Shown: positions 36,236 to 48,900 of the stretch, piece by piece
How the letters are laid out: every line of letters begins with the position of its first letter
How positions within the stretch are numbered: the first letter of the stretch is position 1
From: Blepharisma stoltei ATCC 30299
Lineage: Eukaryota > Protista > Ciliophora
Assembly (NCBI GenBank): GCA_965603825.1
Contig: CBFDEM010000004.1
Coordinates: forward strand, 930,001 to 994,000
Reading direction: 5' to 3'
Length of the DNA: 64,000 nucleotides
Notes under the pieces: model-generated
The model's database searches: none
The model's input: the letters and a program-made list of their open reading frames with translations, nothing else
What the model was told of the DNA's origin: nothing
Translations under genes and position numbers: made by a program

Positions 36236-36494
36236 GCCAAAATAATTCTAATTAATGGTGAATTTTGATGTTTGGAATTTGAATTATTAAATATAAAGTC
36301 AAGACACTTATAAAGCAAATAATCTAAATTTTGATTGATAAGGTTCAGAATATTTAAATTATTTTCACCCTTTATTAGGAATATGGCCGTTTATTTTGAA
36401 AATATTTTAAACATGCTAATTGGCGAAAATCATGAATTTTGGATATGCTAAAGGATATTTGGTTTTGGTAAATTTAGTTATTATATATTTATGG

Positions 36495-37298
36495 TTAACA
36501 AAAATTACTAGAAGATCCTGAGCTTCGTCTTGAGTGGTCTTTTCTCTCCCCAAAACGAATTTGTCCTCTTTGTGCTAGGATTGCAATCGACCTTTGGCTT
36601 TCCTCAATCGCCCTCAGCATCATATTTTGCTTTTCTCCCATTTCTCTAACCAAAGAAGCTAATGATTCATAATTCATAGACTGAGTCGAATCTATTGTAC
36701 TTTCATAACTCATCCTTGACGGTGGCCTATTTTTCCCCTCATTTTGCTTAGTAATCTGTGAAATAAAAATATCGACTTCATCTTTTAACTGAAGCCTTTG
36801 AGGTGTTGGAGGTCTTCCACTGTTAATTTTTGCCTGTGTACAGTCTGTATCATTTTTTAATGCATTTAAAATTCGATTCCTTGGGCCAATTGGTATATTA
36901 AGGTCTATTAGATCTTCTTTGGACAGCAATGGTAAATTTTCTATCGTAATTTCATTGTCATTGAATACAGAAATATATTCTTCTAAACCCAAGTTTTTTA
37001 AAAAATTATCAACGGATTTGTAGCCTTCATTAATTTCGTGAGTTTTAATGGGATTTTCAAAATAATTGTCTGAAATGTTTTCTTTTGAGCTGCTTGGCCT
37101 ATTTCTTGTGCATTTACTTGAGGTTGGCTTATTTTTGGACAATACAGAATTTGCTAAGAAAAGGTTTGTGTTAGAAATGCGAGAAACGATGCTTTCAGCT
37201 CTTTCTTTCATTTGTATAAGTTTTGCTTCATGAGGGGAAGTTGACAGCTGCCTATTTTCTAGTGGTCTCGATCTTGACCTGAGTCCGTTAAAAGACAT
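36495..37298 (-). CDS. SAM-domain protein, 267 aa
   Basis: VDNFLKNLGLEEYISVF..NEI..L..EDLIDLNIPIGPRNRILNAL. Confidence 0.85.
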   Translation of the reverse strand: MSFNGLRSRSRPLENRQLSTSPHEAKLIQMKERAESIVSRISNTNLFLANSVLSKNKPTSSKCTRNRPSSSKENISDNYFENPIKTHEINEGYKSVDNFLKNLGLEEYISVFNDNEITIENLPLLSKEDLIDLNIPIGPRNRILNALKNDTDCTQAKINSGRPPTPQRLQLKDEVDIFISQITKQNEGKNRPPSRMSYESTIDSTQSMNYESLASLVREMGEKQNMMLRAIEESQRSIAILAQRGQIRFGERKDHSRRSSGSSSNFC

Positions 37299-37793
37299 AT
37301 AAATAATGTTATGATAAAATCAAATAAAACAGAAAAAGATTTTTAAATAAGATTATTTAGCCAGCATAAAATAAAAATATATTAATTCAAAGTTCTAATA
37401 TATTAAATTGCAAAAACAGATATAATCTTTTCAAGCAATTGCTAGATATCTCTAAATTTTATATTTAGATTAAAAATTTAGTAATCTTAAGGAAATTCTT
37501 TATGAAAAAATTATAGCTAAATAGCAAGAGATTTTATATTTTATTCTCAAACTTTATTAGGCTTTGCTTTAATATGAAATATAATAAAATAAATATCACA
37601 GTTTTCAAGTATCTATTAAAATCACTCAAAGACTATAAAATTGCTATTAGTTTCTTAAAAAATCAAAAGCTGAAAAATCACTGGTCGACTAAAATTAATA
37701 TCACAGAGCTCAAACGCCTTCATTATTTATATTCTTTTTATATCAAAGCTAATTTTTAAGGCATCTCTATTTGTATTTATTAAGAATTAAAAT

Positions 37794-38423
37794 ATGTTGG
37801 GACGATTTTCAATGCCAATTCTCAAGAGGTTCTATGTAAAGCCTCGTGAAGTCGCACGATTAACTCAAATGAAAATGATTTGGGAAATTCCTTCCCTCAT
37901 AAACTTAAAACAGCATAAAGAATTCCTTCTCGCCAACGAGCATCAGCTGCCTCCTCATATCATTGCTTTCGATCTTGGCACAATCGCCTATCTAGACTGC
38001 CCAAGGGACGAGCATTGGCCTGAAATTGTGCAGCTGCTTAAGCGACACATAAAAACATTTGATAGAAACGTCGCCAACATGCTTGGACTTATAGGGAAAT
38101 CTATGGGAGACCTTGAAGAGGCTAATGAAGAATTCTGGGAAATAATGGAAACCAAGCTTGTAAAAGAAAATTTAAGCAGATATTTGACTGAAGCAGACGC
38201 TGCTAATTTAATGCTTAGTTTGTATAAGGTTGGAAGAGGAAGTGATGAGCTGTGGCAAAGATTGGAAAATGAAGTTTCCATGCATTATTTAGCTTTGAAG
38301 CCTGAACTGCTTAAAACTGCGATTTTTGCACTGGAAGTATCGAGCAAGGGAAAGAAAGAGACCATTGAGAAACTTAAAGGATACTTGGACGAGTGTGAGC
38401 AGCAACTTCAAATAACAGCTTAA
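37794..38423 (+). CDS. Hypothetical helical-repeat protein, probably mitochondrial, 209 aa
   Basis: Arg-rich amphipathic N-terminus; repeated ...E.W..(L/M)E helices reminiscent of FASTK/RAP-type proteins. Confidence 0.6.
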   Translation: MLGRFSMPILKRFYVKPREVARLTQMKMIWEIPSLINLKQHKEFLLANEHQLPPHIIAFDLGTIAYLDCPRDEHWPEIVQLLKRHIKTFDRNVANMLGLIGKSMGDLEEANEEFWEIMETKLVKENLSRYLTEADAANLMLSLYKVGRGSDELWQRLENEVSMHYLALKPELLKTAIFALEVSSKGKKETIEKLKGYLDECEQQLQITA

Positions 38424-38595
38424 TATACCTAGATTTGGTATTAATTTTAGTCTGAATTGTTATAAATTTTATATCTATATCCTATAAAAATTAGAATGGC
38501 ATATTTTTGATATTTTAATTAATTTATTTTTATATAAAATTTATTGATATTTTGTTCTGATGATCTTATTAAAGTTCTGATAAATAGTTTTATAC

Positions 38596-38600
38596 AAAAA
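38596..38600 (-). terminator. Putative Pol III terminator (T5) of the tRNA-like gene
   Basis: TTTTT immediately 3' of the cloverleaf; such runs are also common by chance in AT-rich DNA. Confidence 0.45.
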
Positions 38601-38602
38601 TT

Positions 38603-38671
38603 TGCCCACAGAAGGACTTGAACCATCATACCCTACCAAATGCAGGTGCTCTACCATTGAGCTATATGGGC
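38603..38671 (-). tRNA. Atypical tRNA-like gene or pseudo-tRNA (69 nt, 5-nt anticodon loop; identity undetermined)
   Basis: GCCCATA/TGTGGGC acceptor stem; GCTC/GAGC D-stem with AATGGTA loop; CCTGC/GTAGG stem with ATTTG loop; GATGG-TTCAAGT-CCTTC T-arm; T5 run 2 nt downstream. Confidence 0.75.
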
Positions 38672-38809
38672 TATAAACCATTTTTTTTCCAAATATAAAA
38701 ACACTGCATATTTCTCAAAAAATTACCAAAATTATTTTGTGCAGTTTTCTATGGCTATAACTCTTTAATTACATATAAAATCATAAAAAAGTCTTTAAAC
38801 CAATTTTAT

Positions 38810-39103
38810 CTAAACATATTTAGTCTGAAAATTATCAGGATTTGCTATTTTATTCTTGAGTAGTGATATTTCTTCTTCCAGGATTTTTTTGTTTGCTAGC
38901 TCTCTTTCAAGTTCAATTTTATAGTAATTTTCGTCTTTTGACTCAACTGTCAAAGGCTCATGATCTTCTTCTCCCTGCTTTAACCTTTGATAATGAAGTT
39001 CTGTCAGTTTGTGCTTTTTATATTCCACGTATCGCCCATAAGCAAACCCACCAAGGGCTGAGAAAATCCAAATAAGAACCCATAAAAGGACTGCAAATTC
39101 CAT
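38810..39103 (-). CDS. Small N-terminally anchored membrane protein with short coiled coil, 97 aa
   Basis: Hydrophobic N-terminus followed by basic residues; GC-richer than its flanks. Confidence 0.6.
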   Translation of the reverse strand: MEFAVLLWVLIWIFSALGGFAYGRYVEYKKHKLTELHYQRLKQGEEDHEPLTVESKDENYYKIELERELANKKILEEEISLLKNKIANPDNFQTKYV

Positions 39104-40041
39104 TATCTGTAATTATATAATTTACTTATCAGCCATTAATAAGTCCATTTTTTTTGAATTTCGGCGACAGTATTAATATATTCAAAAACAATAAGATAAT
39201 TTAAATTGCTAGGATTTAAGCAGAAGTTTTGATATAATTGTGAGGCTTATAATATCTCTTTGTATAAATAAAATAAATTATTATTGGAATTGTGAATGTA
39301 AGTGATTATTTGAATGTAAAAAGTAAAAGATAGTTAAGGCTACAGAAATAGATTGAATTTAGAATTTTATGCGAAATATTGGAATCAGTTATTTAAACAT
39401 AAACGCCATTTTTACTTTTAAATCATTCTGATATAACATCAAATCTTTATTAATTATAGAGGATCAAAATTATATAATATTCATATAAGAATTTTTAAAA
39501 TTTAAGATAAAAGGCATAATACCAAATAATTAATTAAATATTAAAAAATTATTCTATATTCGTTTTAAATAAATTTTTTAGAAAAACAAATTTAATTTGT
39601 CTTAACTGCAAAATTTGTATTCTTTAATCTTATAAAAATCACCTATAATATTTTCCAATATCCACTATTGAATTAATAAAATTCCATATTATTTTTTACT
39701 GCTTTTTTTATTTTAATAAAACACGTTTAACTTACCCAGGCTCCATGCCAATCCTCTATACTCTTTGATTCTCAGCGATAACTTACCAAATTTTTTAAGT
39801 CACTGTTACTCAAAAATCTTAAATTTTCTAAAAAAGCCCAACCATATTTCCCATTGATATCAAAAAATAATCAAAAATCATAACTAAATTACTCACATAT
39901 ATTATCAAAAATCCATAAATCTTATATTTTTTCTCTCACAACCCCCTTCATTAATCTTTAAACCCCACTATCTTTCTCCCAACCTTGATTTTTCCAGATT
40001 TCTTCTAACGAATTCTGAACTGATTTCAAAGTAATAAATAA

Positions 40042-42471
40042 ATGGAAGCTTCATATTCAAGTCAACGAAAGCAAAAATCAATTATATCTTTAACCCAAAG
40101 TGAAGAGCATACAGGGAGCACCCAGGCTTCTCACCCTTCCCTCCTAATTCAAAAAAGCTCAAACTATGTCGGACTTTCTGCAACTCCTGGCAGGATTTCT
40201 AAATTTCAGTCCTTCAATACCGATCCACTGTACAGGTTCCCAACGTCTTCAGCCTCAAAAGACGACGCCACCGTCATTTTAGACAGAAATGAATTTATTT
40301 CAGCAGACCTCGTCAACCTAAAGGCTACTTTAATTTTCCTTCATGAAAAAAGCCCATTTAGGCGAGGAAACGCCAAAGACGTCGTCAATCCTTTGGACAC
40401 CTCCCAAAGCTCAGTACACGGCGTCCCTAAAAACTCTATTAACCTAGGCAGCACCTATTCACAAGCCCTTATGAGTCGAGCTTCGTTACAAAGTGACGTT
40501 GAGCCTTTTAATTTGGCTGAAGAAATGGCTAAAGACCAAGACACATTTTCGATGGAATCTTCTTTTCGGTCCTCAGTCGCTATGAGTGACATCCCAGACA
40601 AGCCTGATATTTCTATAAATTCTAAAAATCTTATACTACAAATACAAAGAGATTTTCAATGCAAGCAAGAAGACGAACTACACTTGCACTCGATCACACC
40701 TGCAAGCTCACTCGCAAATTCTGATGAAAGCGGGGAACTAACCCCGATCAGCTTAAGAAGCAGTAGGCCTATTTTTGATACAAAAAGCAGCATTTCGTCT
40801 AATAATCAAGATGAATTTTTATTTAATTCCACAAACTTAGAATTAAGCATGATTGAATGGGAAGAGAAAAGAAAAAGCCGAAATAAAACAATTAATGAAG
40901 AAGAAGAAATTGCCAGCTCAGATGAAGCTTATATTACAGATTTTAAAACTGAAGCTAGCTGCATTGCTGAGCTGGTCCCTGAGCAGGAAGATGAAAACAG
41001 CATGTTTCTATTTAAAAGTATTGAAGCTTTAAAAAAAGCAAAACTCGCAAGATTTTCAGTCGCCGAAAGCGAAATAAGCTCACCGCCTGAAGATGAAGGG
41101 TCGATCAGAATAAGTGCTGCTAATCGGCTATTTTTAAACGGCCAAACTGCAAGTAAAGCCAAAATGGGGACAGTTTATGATTCTCCACTACAATTCAGAC
41201 AGCTGCAGCCTAAAATTTTGACTGACTCTATGTCATTTGCTATGAGCACTTTTCCGGAATCTCAACGAACAGTTATTAATGCCCCTGATATGAATTCGCC
41301 ACTTATAAGAAAGCTAGTTATATGTGAAGAAAACCCTAATACCACCACAGAAATAAAAAATAATAAAGAAATAATTCCTGTCACAATCCAATTTTCTTTT
41401 GCTGCTTGTGGATATAATACAGTCCCTATATTAGAATTTTCGAAATCTGAAGGAAAAAGCAAAGGTGTTATTTTATATGACGATAATAAGCAGCTTTTAA
41501 ACAGTATTTTTCCGACAAAAATATTAAGAGAGCTAAGCCATAACCCTGTAAAATTGGTGTCCTGTGGCTTTGAACATTGTGCAGCTGTCACAAGTGATGG
41601 AAAAGTTCTAACTTGGGGCTATGGCTCTTCAGGATGCCTAGGGCATGGAGATACAAATACTTATGTGACGCCTACACTGATTAATTCATTATTCCAAGAA
41701 ATCATTGTCTATCTTGAATGTGGTGGCTATCACAATGCAGCTATCACAGAAGATGGCGATGTTTGGGTATGGGGAAGAAATGATGTCCATCAGCTAGGCA
41801 TAAATTTCTCAAAAACACCCAAAGATGAGATCGGGCATGTCGCTTTGCGGCCTATTAAGTTAAAATCCCTCAACGAATTCTGTATAAAAGGAATCGCTTG
41901 TGGAGAAGCCCACACCCTTGCATTAGACTCTGACGGAGTCATCCACATTTTCGGCTGGGCTGAAGACGGACAATTAGGAATTTCCCCTTCAGAGCTTAAA
42001 GATGGCATGATGACTACAGAAATTAAAGAAATCCAATCAATTAAACAAAAAATCACAAAAGTCTCAGCCGGGTCTATTTTTTCTGCTTGTTTAACTGAGT
42101 CTGGAGAAGTTTATGTATGGGGAAATGGAGAACAAGGACAGCTGGGGCTTGGGAATAATATAAAAAGAGCTGATTTCCCTAGTGTCGTTGCTTCTTTGAA
42201 AAATGAAAATGCTATTGATTTAGTCTGTGGGGAAAGTCATGTTATATGTGCCACACAAAGTGGAAAAATTTATGGATGGGGACAAGGCATTGTTGGAGAT
42301 TTTGGGAATGATAAATCGTTTCCAAGAGGGTCTGATATTATTTGCTCAGTTCCAAGGCTGCTGAGTGGAGTGGATATTGCGCATAGGTATATAATGAAGA
42401 AAAAGGTAAACACAATAGATGATTTGGCTGCGCAATTGACTGCAAAACTTTTGAAACTCCAACAGTCTTAG
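40042..42471 (+). CDS. RCC1-repeat protein with long Ser-rich disordered N-terminus, 809 aa
   Basis: Repeated CG..H....T.DG.V..WG....GQLG units in the C-terminal half. Confidence 0.9.
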   Translation: MEASYSSQRKQKSIISLTQSEEHTGSTQASHPSLLIQKSSNYVGLSATPGRISKFQSFNTDPLYRFPTSSASKDDATVILDRNEFISADLVNLKATLIFLHEKSPFRRGNAKDVVNPLDTSQSSVHGVPKNSINLGSTYSQALMSRASLQSDVEPFNLAEEMAKDQDTFSMESSFRSSVAMSDIPDKPDISINSKNLILQIQRDFQCKQEDELHLHSITPASSLANSDESGELTPISLRSSRPIFDTKSSISSNNQDEFLFNSTNLELSMIEWEEKRKSRNKTINEEEEIASSDEAYITDFKTEASCIAELVPEQEDENSMFLFKSIEALKKAKLARFSVAESEISSPPEDEGSIRISAANRLFLNGQTASKAKMGTVYDSPLQFRQLQPKILTDSMSFAMSTFPESQRTVINAPDMNSPLIRKLVICEENPNTTTEIKNNKEIIPVTIQFSFAACGYNTVPILEFSKSEGKSKGVILYDDNKQLLNSIFPTKILRELSHNPVKLVSCGFEHCAAVTSDGKVLTWGYGSSGCLGHGDTNTYVTPTLINSLFQEIIVYLECGGYHNAAITEDGDVWVWGRNDVHQLGINFSKTPKDEIGHVALRPIKLKSLNEFCIKGIACGEAHTLALDSDGVIHIFGWAEDGQLGISPSELKDGMMTTEIKEIQSIKQKITKVSAGSIFSACLTESGEVYVWGNGEQGQLGLGNNIKRADFPSVVASLKNENAIDLVCGESHVICATQSGKIYGWGQGIVGDFGNDKSFPRGSDIICSVPRLLSGVDIAHRYIMKKKVNTIDDLAAQLTAKLLKLQQS

Positions 42472-42938
42472 TGTAAGTAATATTTTTTAAATTATCAATT
42501 TTTTATTTCTGAAATATAAAAGAGACTATATAGAAATGCAATGCTACAAAATTGCTTATAAAAAGTAAAAATAAATAAAAAAAGTGATATGAGGATTCAA
42601 AAATAAATTATTTGCACCTATTTTATGATAAATGCAATAAAAATTACAATTCTGATGATTTTTTAAAATATATGATAGAAGAAGCTACAGAGTAATAAAA
42701 TAAATATTGCTTTCTCTAGTAATAAAATATTTAAGTCCTAAATTACGCATCTTTATGCTGATTGGAAATTAATAGTGATGACATATTAAATTTTGCTCTT
42801 GTTTATTTAATACAAAAGTCCTAATCTATTTGATAAAAGAATTACTTTATTTTACATTCCCTTTATTTCTTTATAATTTTAATCTCTATGCCACAATTTC
42901 TGTTTTATGATCTATTTAATGCTTGCAATTCATAATAA

Positions 42939-45900
42939 ATGTTTGAAGGCTTAATTGAAAAGATCCTCCTAGCTAAGCTTGGCAAATTCATTGCAGATCT
43001 CGACAAAGACAGTCTAAAAGTTGCCTTATGAAGTGGCGATATAACCTTAGAAAATGTTTACCTTAAACCTGATGCACTTTTAATGCTGCAGCTCCCTATT
43101 ATCTTAAAATACGGACGTATTACCAGACTTATTGTCAAAGTCCCTTGAGCCCACTTATCAAGTTCTCCTGTCGAAATACTCCTTGAAGGTTTATACGCAG
43201 TTGCTTTACCTCAAGAAAGAGAAGAATGGGACTACAGCGAAGAAGGAGAAATTATCAAGCGCAAAGAAAACATTGAAATGTATGAGCAGAAACGTAAACA
43301 GCTTCAAGAACAAAAACTTTTGTCAGCTGCTGAGGAGCTTAAACAGAAATCTTTTATTGAGAAATTAACCGCAAAAATCGTAGATAATCTGAAATTTACT
43401 ATAAAAGACATCCATTTAAGATTTGAGTATTCAATGGAAGGCAGAACTTTTTCAGCTGGAGTTACTCTAGAAAAAATTGAATGCTATACCACAAACCAAA
43501 ACTGGACATCAGAATTCACCGACCGCCACCAGACCAACAACGCTGGAGCTGCTATATTTAAGCTGTTTAAAATTGTAAGCTTAGCGGTATATTGAAAAAG
43601 TGAAGATGAAGAAGTTTTAAGCAAAATTACAGAAGAAAGCGCAATTATTTCAGCTTTAAATAGGCAGATTTATACTTTTAGCGAAGAGCAGCATTTAATT
43701 GCACCAAGTAAGGGATTATGTAGTCAATGCTGAAGCGAAGATTATTCATAATAACGATCTGACCAATTTTCAGAGGCCTAGATATAGCATCAATTTAATT
43801 ATGCCAGAAATTACAACACATTATCATCAGAGACAATTCCATGATAGCGTGAAACTTTTTGAGTTCTTTACTGAGCATAATAAATTTCTGCTGAAAATGT
43901 AAATTATATTTAGAGAAAACAAAAAGAAATTTCGATCACTTTCACCTATAGAAAGAAACCCAAGAAATTTATGGAAATTTGCAATAAGCTGTATTATAAA
44001 AACAATAAAGCAAAGGAAAAATAGGGCTATTGACTATTTTAAGACCCCAATAAGCATAAAAAGCTTTTATGAAGAGCAGTTTAAAATGCTACATAGAAAG
44101 CTTAAGAAAAAAGGGTCATTGCCTATAGAAAAGCAAGAGCTATATAACAAGATTATATACGTCAACAAATTTGAAGACATTTTGGAATGGACTTTGCATG
44201 TTTTATCAGTTATTGAGCGAGAATCTAAAATTCAAGAGGAAAAACCTAAAAAGAAAGGCGGCTGATTTGGATTTTTAGGCAAAGGTAAAGACGCATCCCC
44301 AAAAGAAGACGAAGAAGAAACCTACGCCGAAATCTTTGCAAACCTCGGAGAAGTTGACGAAGCAGCCCCAGAGCTCGCCCCTAAAGACTACATCTGGCTC
44401 TTCATTGATTTCCAGCTGCTTAAAGGCACTTTTGAGCTCAGCAAAACCCGCAACACTCTTCTAGGCGAAATTAAAGAAACCCTAGAATTCACCTATGACA
44501 ATTTCCACTTTAACAGCGCAATGAGAATGAATGGAGGGACCATTTCTTCAGAAATCAGCAATCTTTCCTTAATTTCTTATGATGGAGACGCCCACTTCAT
44601 GATTTGTCAAAAATTGCAGCCTAATGACTTACCATTTTTACAGATCCAGACTGAGATTAAGCCACTTGATGAGGACGTTTCTGCAAGAGTGAATTTTTTG
44701 TCACAGCCACTGGAGGTAAATTATAATCCTCAAGCAGTTTCTAAAATTATTTCTTTTTTTGTGGTCCCAGATGTCCAGCAGTCTGCCAAAACGGCAGCCT
44801 GGGATACATTGCAAGGCTTACAGGACTCAACTCAAGAGACACTGACTGACCTTTTGTATGGGGAGGCAAAATATAGGGTAAATATTCAAGCGTCAGGGCC
44901 GAGGGTTAGAATTCCGTCACCTACAGGCCAAGGGTCGTTTTTGGTGAGTTTAGGAGATGTGTGTTTAACAAATGACCCGAAAATTCAAAATGATAACTAT
45001 GAAGAGTTTAATTTGTCGGTGTCTTCTATAGAGCTGCAGTTTAAAACGCCAGATCAGACGTCAATTGATGTCATTTCAAAGTGCGAAATTTATACGTCGC
45101 TAAGCTTACTTAAAACGAAATACAAAAAACGAAAAGAATATGGCTTATTCCAAGAAGACATGCCAGACGTAAAGCTTTCAGGGGAACTGCCCAATTTGCG
45201 GGTGTTTTTGTCGCCTTCTATATATCATCAGCTATTAAGAATAGGAGACAGCTTTAAGCTTGAAGGAAGCCAAGCCTCTTCAATTACCCTGGAAAAAGAA
45301 CAAATCATGAACTCCGCTGTTTATTCCTCTTTTTTGCAAAAGCAAGGCAGAAATGTCCAAAGCTGGCACAAGTTTTTTGGGATTTTGTCAGGAGGGTATA
45401 TTTATTTTTTTAGAAATGAAAATGATTTAATTGCAGACTCCTATTTCTATATAAAAGATAGTAATATTCTTATGATGAAAGATCCGCCAAACTCGCTTAA
45501 GCTGCAAAACAGATATGGAGAATGTTTTATTTCTTTTAATTCCTTAGAAGTTCTTACTAAGTGGAGAGAAGCCTTGAATCAGCAGATTTTAGAAATCATG
45601 TCATATAGAAGTGCTTCAATTATGACTGATAATAGAAAATCGAACTATGTGTATGCGAATTTTCAATTAGCGATACCTACAATTTCTTTGAAACTTACTA
45701 ATGAAGAATATGTAGTACTATCTGAGCTGAAACTACAAGAAATTGTGTTAGGTACTTCTTTAAGACCATATGATTTAAGTTTGAATATGAAGCTGCAGTC
45801 GATGGAAATTGTAGACTTGCAAAGGCATAAAGGTTCAAGCCACATGACAATTCTGTGTAGAAGCCTAGATGATGAAAATGGGCTCATTGATATGAATTTG

Positions 45901-48900
45901 CTAGTCTTAGGGAATAATTCGCCTTTATTTCGAGACCAAGACATTGAAATTATATTAAAATTAGGCAGTGTAGAGCTGAACTGGAATCCTGATATTTTAG
46001 GCAGCATGATCAACTTCTTTGAGTTCGCTGAATATTCAGACCCATCAGCAGTTCTAGAAGATACCCAAGAAATCCTAAAGCCAGACCATGTGCTTGCAAA
46101 TCTACGTATTGAAGTAAAAAGCATTGACTTGTATCTTAACGTAGTCGAAAGATCATTAAGTATCGCTTTGGCGTCAGCTGTAGATTTTCATACAAATGTC
46201 CTTATTCGAAATGGAGGCTATGAATGGAACGGTGTCCTTGGCAACCTCGAAATTAGTGACCTAACTAACTACCCACAAACCGCCGTATACCAACAAATAA
46301 AGCCATTCCGGCTATTTTCTGTCAGAGAGCACTCAGAAAGTTTGGTAAGGTTCGACATTTTTATCTTCAAAGATAACCACCCACTAAAGCCTAAAAACAT
46401 CGGAAGCAGGGTCAACGTCGAGCTGAGCTCAATAAGTATGATTTATCTGCATCAGCCCGTCATGAGAATTGTAGACTATTTTAATATGAAAATACTAGGA
46501 CTTTTTGACGTCGGCGCTCGTGTAGAAGACGCAAATGACTGGTCGCCAATATACAAGCTCTCCACATTATTAAAATCCCCTACGATAGAAAAACTAAAAG
46601 GCCTTATAAGCGGGGTTGTCAGCTTTTCCCAAATTACTGTAAAAATAAAAAACCCTATGATAACCCTTACACCTAGGCCTAATTATCCAGAATTTTTTGT
46701 AGCTGATTTAGGGACTATCACAATTTCTAACAGACAAAAAGAGACGACAAGCAGAGGAGGCAAAATTTGGCTTGATATTTATGATATAAAAATGAAGGAT
46801 ATTAATATTCATTCTCCTACACAAATTGTAGCTGAAAATTTTGACTTAAAATTTGAGGTTGAAAGGCCTGTATTGACGCTAGAACAGATGGCGGGGACTG
46901 ATATAGACCAAAGTTATATAATGAATGGGGACTGTAGAAGAATTAAGCTGACTTTGGCACAAAGTGACTATTGCCTTATATTAAAACTATTTGATTTGAA
47001 TTTAGCTTATGATGATCAGCTAGATGAGTATATAAACCCAGATAATACCTGCCTTATAGCAGCTAATGAAGTTGACCATGGAGGAGTTTTTATTTTTCTA
47101 AATTTAAATATTGAAGTCATTTCGGTGCTTTTTAACAGCCAAGATGATGAAGAATTCGTGGAACTTTTTTCTGCTAAACAAGTATTAAAACTATGGAAAT
47201 TCAATGATTATGCAATGGACGTGAAATTTGATAGCCAATATTTGCTAGGGCTTATAAGTGAGCTTAAAGTTAGGCCTGAGGAAGCCACAGATTGGGAAAG
47301 CGCCCAAGCTATTTTTAGTATCCCTATTGAAGGGATTTTGCAAGTTCTTGAATATGAAGATGACGACACCAGGCTTTCTCATGTGCTATTTGGACCTTTA
47401 GGAAGCCCTGAAGAGTATGGGGAATCCTCAATATTTAGCTTTGACTTAAAATGCAACTTTGATGGCTGCAAAGATATGATTATTAATATAAACCAAGTCA
47501 GGATTAATTTTCATTTAGCTGCTTTTGAGCAGATTCAGCATTTTGTGTACTATGGCTTACCTGATTATTCAAAAGAAGAAGACACCCCATTTGACTATAT
47601 CAATAAATATAGACCCTCAAAACATATGATTGGGAAAGAACTAAGCACTGAATATTTTGGGCCAAGAATAAACGTGAATATCCTCATAAAAGAGCCTATT
47701 ATGCTCCTCCCATCATTTTTATCTAGCCGAGTCTTGGTAGCTCAGTCTGATATTTCTTTTCAATATATAAGGGAAAAAGAAGAAATCGCCAAAACAGGGA
47801 CTGACCCTTCAAGAACCAAAATTTTTATTATCCATGAGCTTGAAATTTATAGCTGTGTGCTTGATGATCTCGCCTCACAAGCTTCTTTTAAGCGTGTCCA
47901 GAAGCGAAGAGTCCTAGAGCCAGTCCAAGTTTGCTATGAAAGTAAAGAATTCATGGTATCCGAGCATGTCCAAAACTATGAAATTTCTTATTTAATCGGA
48001 AGTTTCCAAATGACAGTGTCTCACAAAGACTTACTGCTTATGAACCAGGCCTTGAAATTCCAAAAAGAGATGCTAAATCGCGAAAAAAAGGCTACAGAAG
48101 AGCTACAGAGAAAAAAAAGTGAAGAATTTGACATAGAAATGGAAGAAGTCCCTGACGTAAATGACACAGTTTTAACTTTTTCTAACAACCGGCAGTCAAT
48201 ATTTAGGTCTGCCGCAACTAAAAGGAAAAGAACGTGGATTGTAGACAATGAAGACGAAGACGGAATTTCAGAAAATTCAGGGGTCAATAGCATCCTTAAG
48301 TATTCTACAATGTCAAGCCCATTCCTCGAGGAATCCAAAAATGAAGAAACGTCTTCAATAACCAGCACAAAATTTTCTATTGCAGGAATCAATATAATTA
48401 TCATTAATGACGCTTCAGGCGTATACAGCCCTATTATTGACTTTAATGCCCTGGATTTCCATATCAAAATGAGCGAAAACAACACAAATTGGAATTTAGG
48501 CACCTGAATTGGCCTGAGGTCGAATTTTTATAATCCACTTTTAGACACCTGGGAGCCGTTTGTGGAGCTTTTTTATATTAGTTTAGAAGTAGTAGACTGC
48601 CCTGAAAACAACCCAAGGCAACAAGTCAGCATAACGATCGACTCAGAAAAGCCATTAGATATCAATATTTCCGAAATCATGGTAAAACACCTTACGAAAG
48701 TATTTGAGACTTGGAATAAAAGCGACCCATCTAAAGAGACCAAAGAAGTAGTGTCTCCTCTTGCCATTGCAAACTTAACGGGGTATCCTATAATGATCGA
48801 AAAAACGAGGAAAAATAAAAAAAATGAAGCCTTTGCGATGGTGATTGAGCCCTGTGCGATGCTTGATTATGAGCTTGACCCTAATGAGGTCAGAAATTTA

